From contig CBDANS010000005.1 in NCBI GenBank assembly GCA_965197745.1, positions 32,001-96,000 of the forward strand: a stretch of 64,000 bases of DNA, written 5' to 3'. The notes beneath the pieces are model-generated. The model was given only the letters and a program-made list of their open reading frames with translations. It ran no database searches and had not been told where the DNA came from. Positions 61,765 to 64,000 of the stretch are shown here, piece by piece. The number at the start of each line of letters is the position of its first letter. Position 1 is the first letter of the stretch. This stretch comes from Opitutales bacterium. GTDB lineage: Bacteria; Verrucomicrobiota; Verrucomicrobiia; Opitutales; PNEW01. The position numbers and the translations under genes are program-made.

Positions 61765-61982
61765 CGCATGGTGATTCATATGTCGGCAAGGTGCAGGATA
61801 CGGCCAGTTACAGAAATTTACGCGACAGGGGATAAAGCGATTAAGAGGTAAAGCGAATATGATAAGAGAATTTTGATTCCTGCATCGTGTTTTATTGCGC
61901 CTTTCGCATTCCGTACCTGGGGCGTAGATTTACATCCCCTAAATCAGCAATCGGCAATCGAAGATAGTATCATCCTATCCAT

Positions 61983-62909
61983 TTATGTCTGACCCGTCCA
62001 AGAGCCGACCGGGTCGGCATTCTTAAAAGTATCGCGAATTTTAATTACGACATCATCGGGAAGAGGGCCTTTTTCAGCTGCCTGGATGTTCGACTGGGTG
62101 TTATGAGGGTTCGTTGTCCCGATAATGGCAACGTGAACACCCGGTTGGCTGATTGTAAAACGCAGAGCAATTTCCGGCCAGATTATTTCCGGGGCTCCCT
62201 CGAAACCAAGATCGGCTGGATTAAGTTTCATTTTTTGCAAGCGCTCGGTGTAGGTTTTTGCATAGTTCTTATACATTCCCTGTTGGTCGTTCAAATTTTT
62301 CCAGGCTGCATTTGCAATCGGGCGTTTTACCATCACTCCTTTATTATTTTCTCTCGCTTTAGGTAATAGACCATCAATATTGACTTGGTCAGCGATGTTG
62401 ATGGAGGTTTGAATGACCGCTATGTCTTCAAGTGTGGCCGCATGGGCAACCGCTTCATTGTCCCCGGAATAACCCGGGAAACGGATCTTGCCTTCATCAC
62501 GAGCTTTGACCAGCGCAGCCAGGGCGTCCCCTTTCTTTAATGTCTCCAAATCACAACTGTGAAGGAGCATGACATCCAGTTGATCCGTTTTCAGCCTTAG
62601 CAAAGAGCGGTCTATGGTTTTGGTGATCAACGCAGGGGACCAGGCGGGATCATCAGATTCAGGTATCTGACCTCCGCATTTACTGACGAGAATAAATTCA
62701 TCACGGCGTTTACTAATGGTATTACCGATCATTTCTTCAGAACCAGCGTAAACAGCTGCGGTGTCGATAAGGTTGACCCCTGAATCGAGGAGGAGATTAA
62801 GAATTTCAGATGATCGCTCCTTATCCGTGTCGAGAAAGCCAATGGGCGCGCCCCCAAAACCCAGTGGGGTGACTTCTAACCCGGTATTTCCAAATTTTCG
62901 TTTTTGCAT
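61983..62909 (-). CDS. Aldo/keto reductase (copy 2)
   Basis: Same length and motifs as copy 1. Confidence 0.93.
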   Translation of the reverse strand: MQKRKFGNTGLEVTPLGFGGAPIGFLDTDKERSSEILNLLLDSGVNLIDTAAVYAGSEEMIGNTISKRRDEFILVSKCGGQIPESDDPAWSPALITKTIDRSLLRLKTDQLDVMLLHSCDLETLKKGDALAALVKARDEGKIRFPGYSGDNEAVAHAATLEDIAVIQTSINIADQVNIDGLLPKARENNKGVMVKRPIANAAWKNLNDQQGMYKNYAKTYTERLQKMKLNPADLGFEGAPEIIWPEIALRFTISQPGVHVAIIGTTNPHNTQSNIQAAEKGPLPDDVVIKIRDTFKNADPVGSWTGQT

Positions 62910-63090
62910 GGCAGGGTTAAATTGATCCTGATGTGTTTATCTATTACTCAGGATTTAATCTGATAATTTTCCAGTTCATCTTCAATATTTTTATCTTAAT
63001 ATTCTAATTTAAATGGAATTTGGAACTCAAGAAATCAAGAAAAGAAGGAATTGCTATCCCTATTATATTTTAAATTCGGGAATCTTCCAA

Positions 63091-63224
63091 TTGTCATTGC
63101 GAGGAAGGCTATCAGAGCCGACCGTGGCTACCGAGCGCAGCGACACCATCCACTCCAGGGGAATGCCGGTCACGTATTGACATCTCCCTAGATTGCTTCG
63201 TCGCGTTACTTCTCGCAATGACAA
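63091..63224. repeat. GTCATTGCGAG-type palindromic element
   Basis: TTGTCATTGCGAGG...CTCGCAATGACAA. Confidence 0.85.
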
Positions 63225-63286
63225 ATAAAAAAGTCGAGAACGATTATTCAATTGACATGGTAGAACGATCGGATTGCAAACAGGTT

Positions 63287-64000
63287 ATGGCCAAAAAGCC
63301 TAATGTTCTCCTTATATGCACGGATCACTGGAGTGGGCTGCTCACACCGCAAGCAGGGCATCCGGTGGTAATTGCCCCGACTTTAAAACAGATGGGAGAC
63401 AATGGGGTGACCTTTACTAATGCCTATTCAGCATGCCCATCGTGCATACCGGCCCGGCGCTCGTTAATGACCGGGATGACCGCGCGTTCACACGGCGACA
63501 GGATCTTTAATGAGGAAAATCCAATGCCGGAGGCCACTACGATGGCCCAGTGTTTCAGGGATGGAGGTTATCAGGCTTATTGTGTGGGAAAGTTGCATGT
63601 ATATCCTCAACGCAACCGGATCGGATTTGATGAGGTGCTGTTAGAAGAACAGGGACGACATCAATTTGGGATTAAAGCCGATGATTATGAACGGTTCCTC
63701 GCGAATCAAGGATACGCGGGGATGGAATACGCGGGGGGGATGGCACACAATGACTGGATATCACGTCCCTGGCATCTTCCCGAATACTGTCATCCGATCA
63801 ACTGGGCGGTGCGTGAGATGTCGCGTGTCATATCACGACGCGACCCACTAAAACCCGGGTTTTGGTATCTTTCCTTTTCCGCGCCGCATCCACCACTTAC
63901 CCCATTACAAGCATATCTGGATCTTTATCGGGATGTAGAAATCGACAAGCCGACTACAGGAGATTGGTCGCGCGATGTGGAACACCTACCCAATTCGTTA
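63287..64000 (+). CDS. Sulfatase (formylglycine-dependent), 5' part; runs off the window edge
   Basis: Manual translation MAKKPNVLLICTDH...AYSACPSCIPARRSLMTG...GKLH has the CxPxR motif. Not in the ORF track. Confidence 0.93.
   Translation, partial: MAKKPNVLLICTDHWSGLLTPQAGHPVVIAPTLKQMGDNGVTFTNAYSACPSCIPARRSLMTGMTARSHGDRIFNEENPMPEATTMAQCFRDGGYQAYCVGKLHVYPQRNRIGFDEVLLEEQGRHQFGIKADDYERFLANQGYAGMEYAGGMAHNDWISRPWHLPEYCHPINWAVREMSRVISRRDPLKPGFWYLSFSAPHPPLTPLQAYLDLYRDVEIDKPTTGDWSRDVEHLPNSL

Overview
Bacterial chromosomal window. The protein families suggest Verrucomicrobiota/Opitutae; this is an inference. Bases 1-16163 look like a decayed composite genomic island. It holds a scrambled dinB/SRAP SOS cassette, a modular secreted serine protease, a phage-satellite-like xis/rep module with an 11-bp iteron array, IS110 and rfaE remnants, and ends in a tRNA-Val 3'-end att remnant. 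The rest is mostly catabolic and transport genes: five PhyH dioxygenases, UxaA-like, MenC-like, a rare-sugar cluster, TolC/MacAB-type efflux, an S9 peptidase, a P450, duplicated aldo-keto reductases and a sulfatase. There is also a tRNA-Val(CAC) and a dead IS3. Most notable: (1) a ~90-135 bp palindromic repeat family with a fixed 38-nt variable core, which starts right after tRNA CCA ends and brackets a small intact GIY-YIG nuclease; (2) a ~275-aa C-terminal domain shared by two unrelated secreted proteins, a candidate sorting/anchoring module; (3) related micro-insertions sitting beside two DDE catalytic Asp motifs of the IS3 transposase; (4) joint pseudogenisation of a surface protein / FecR-TPR-beta-barrel / CHASE2-cyclase module. 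Some lesions could be assembly or amplification artefacts.
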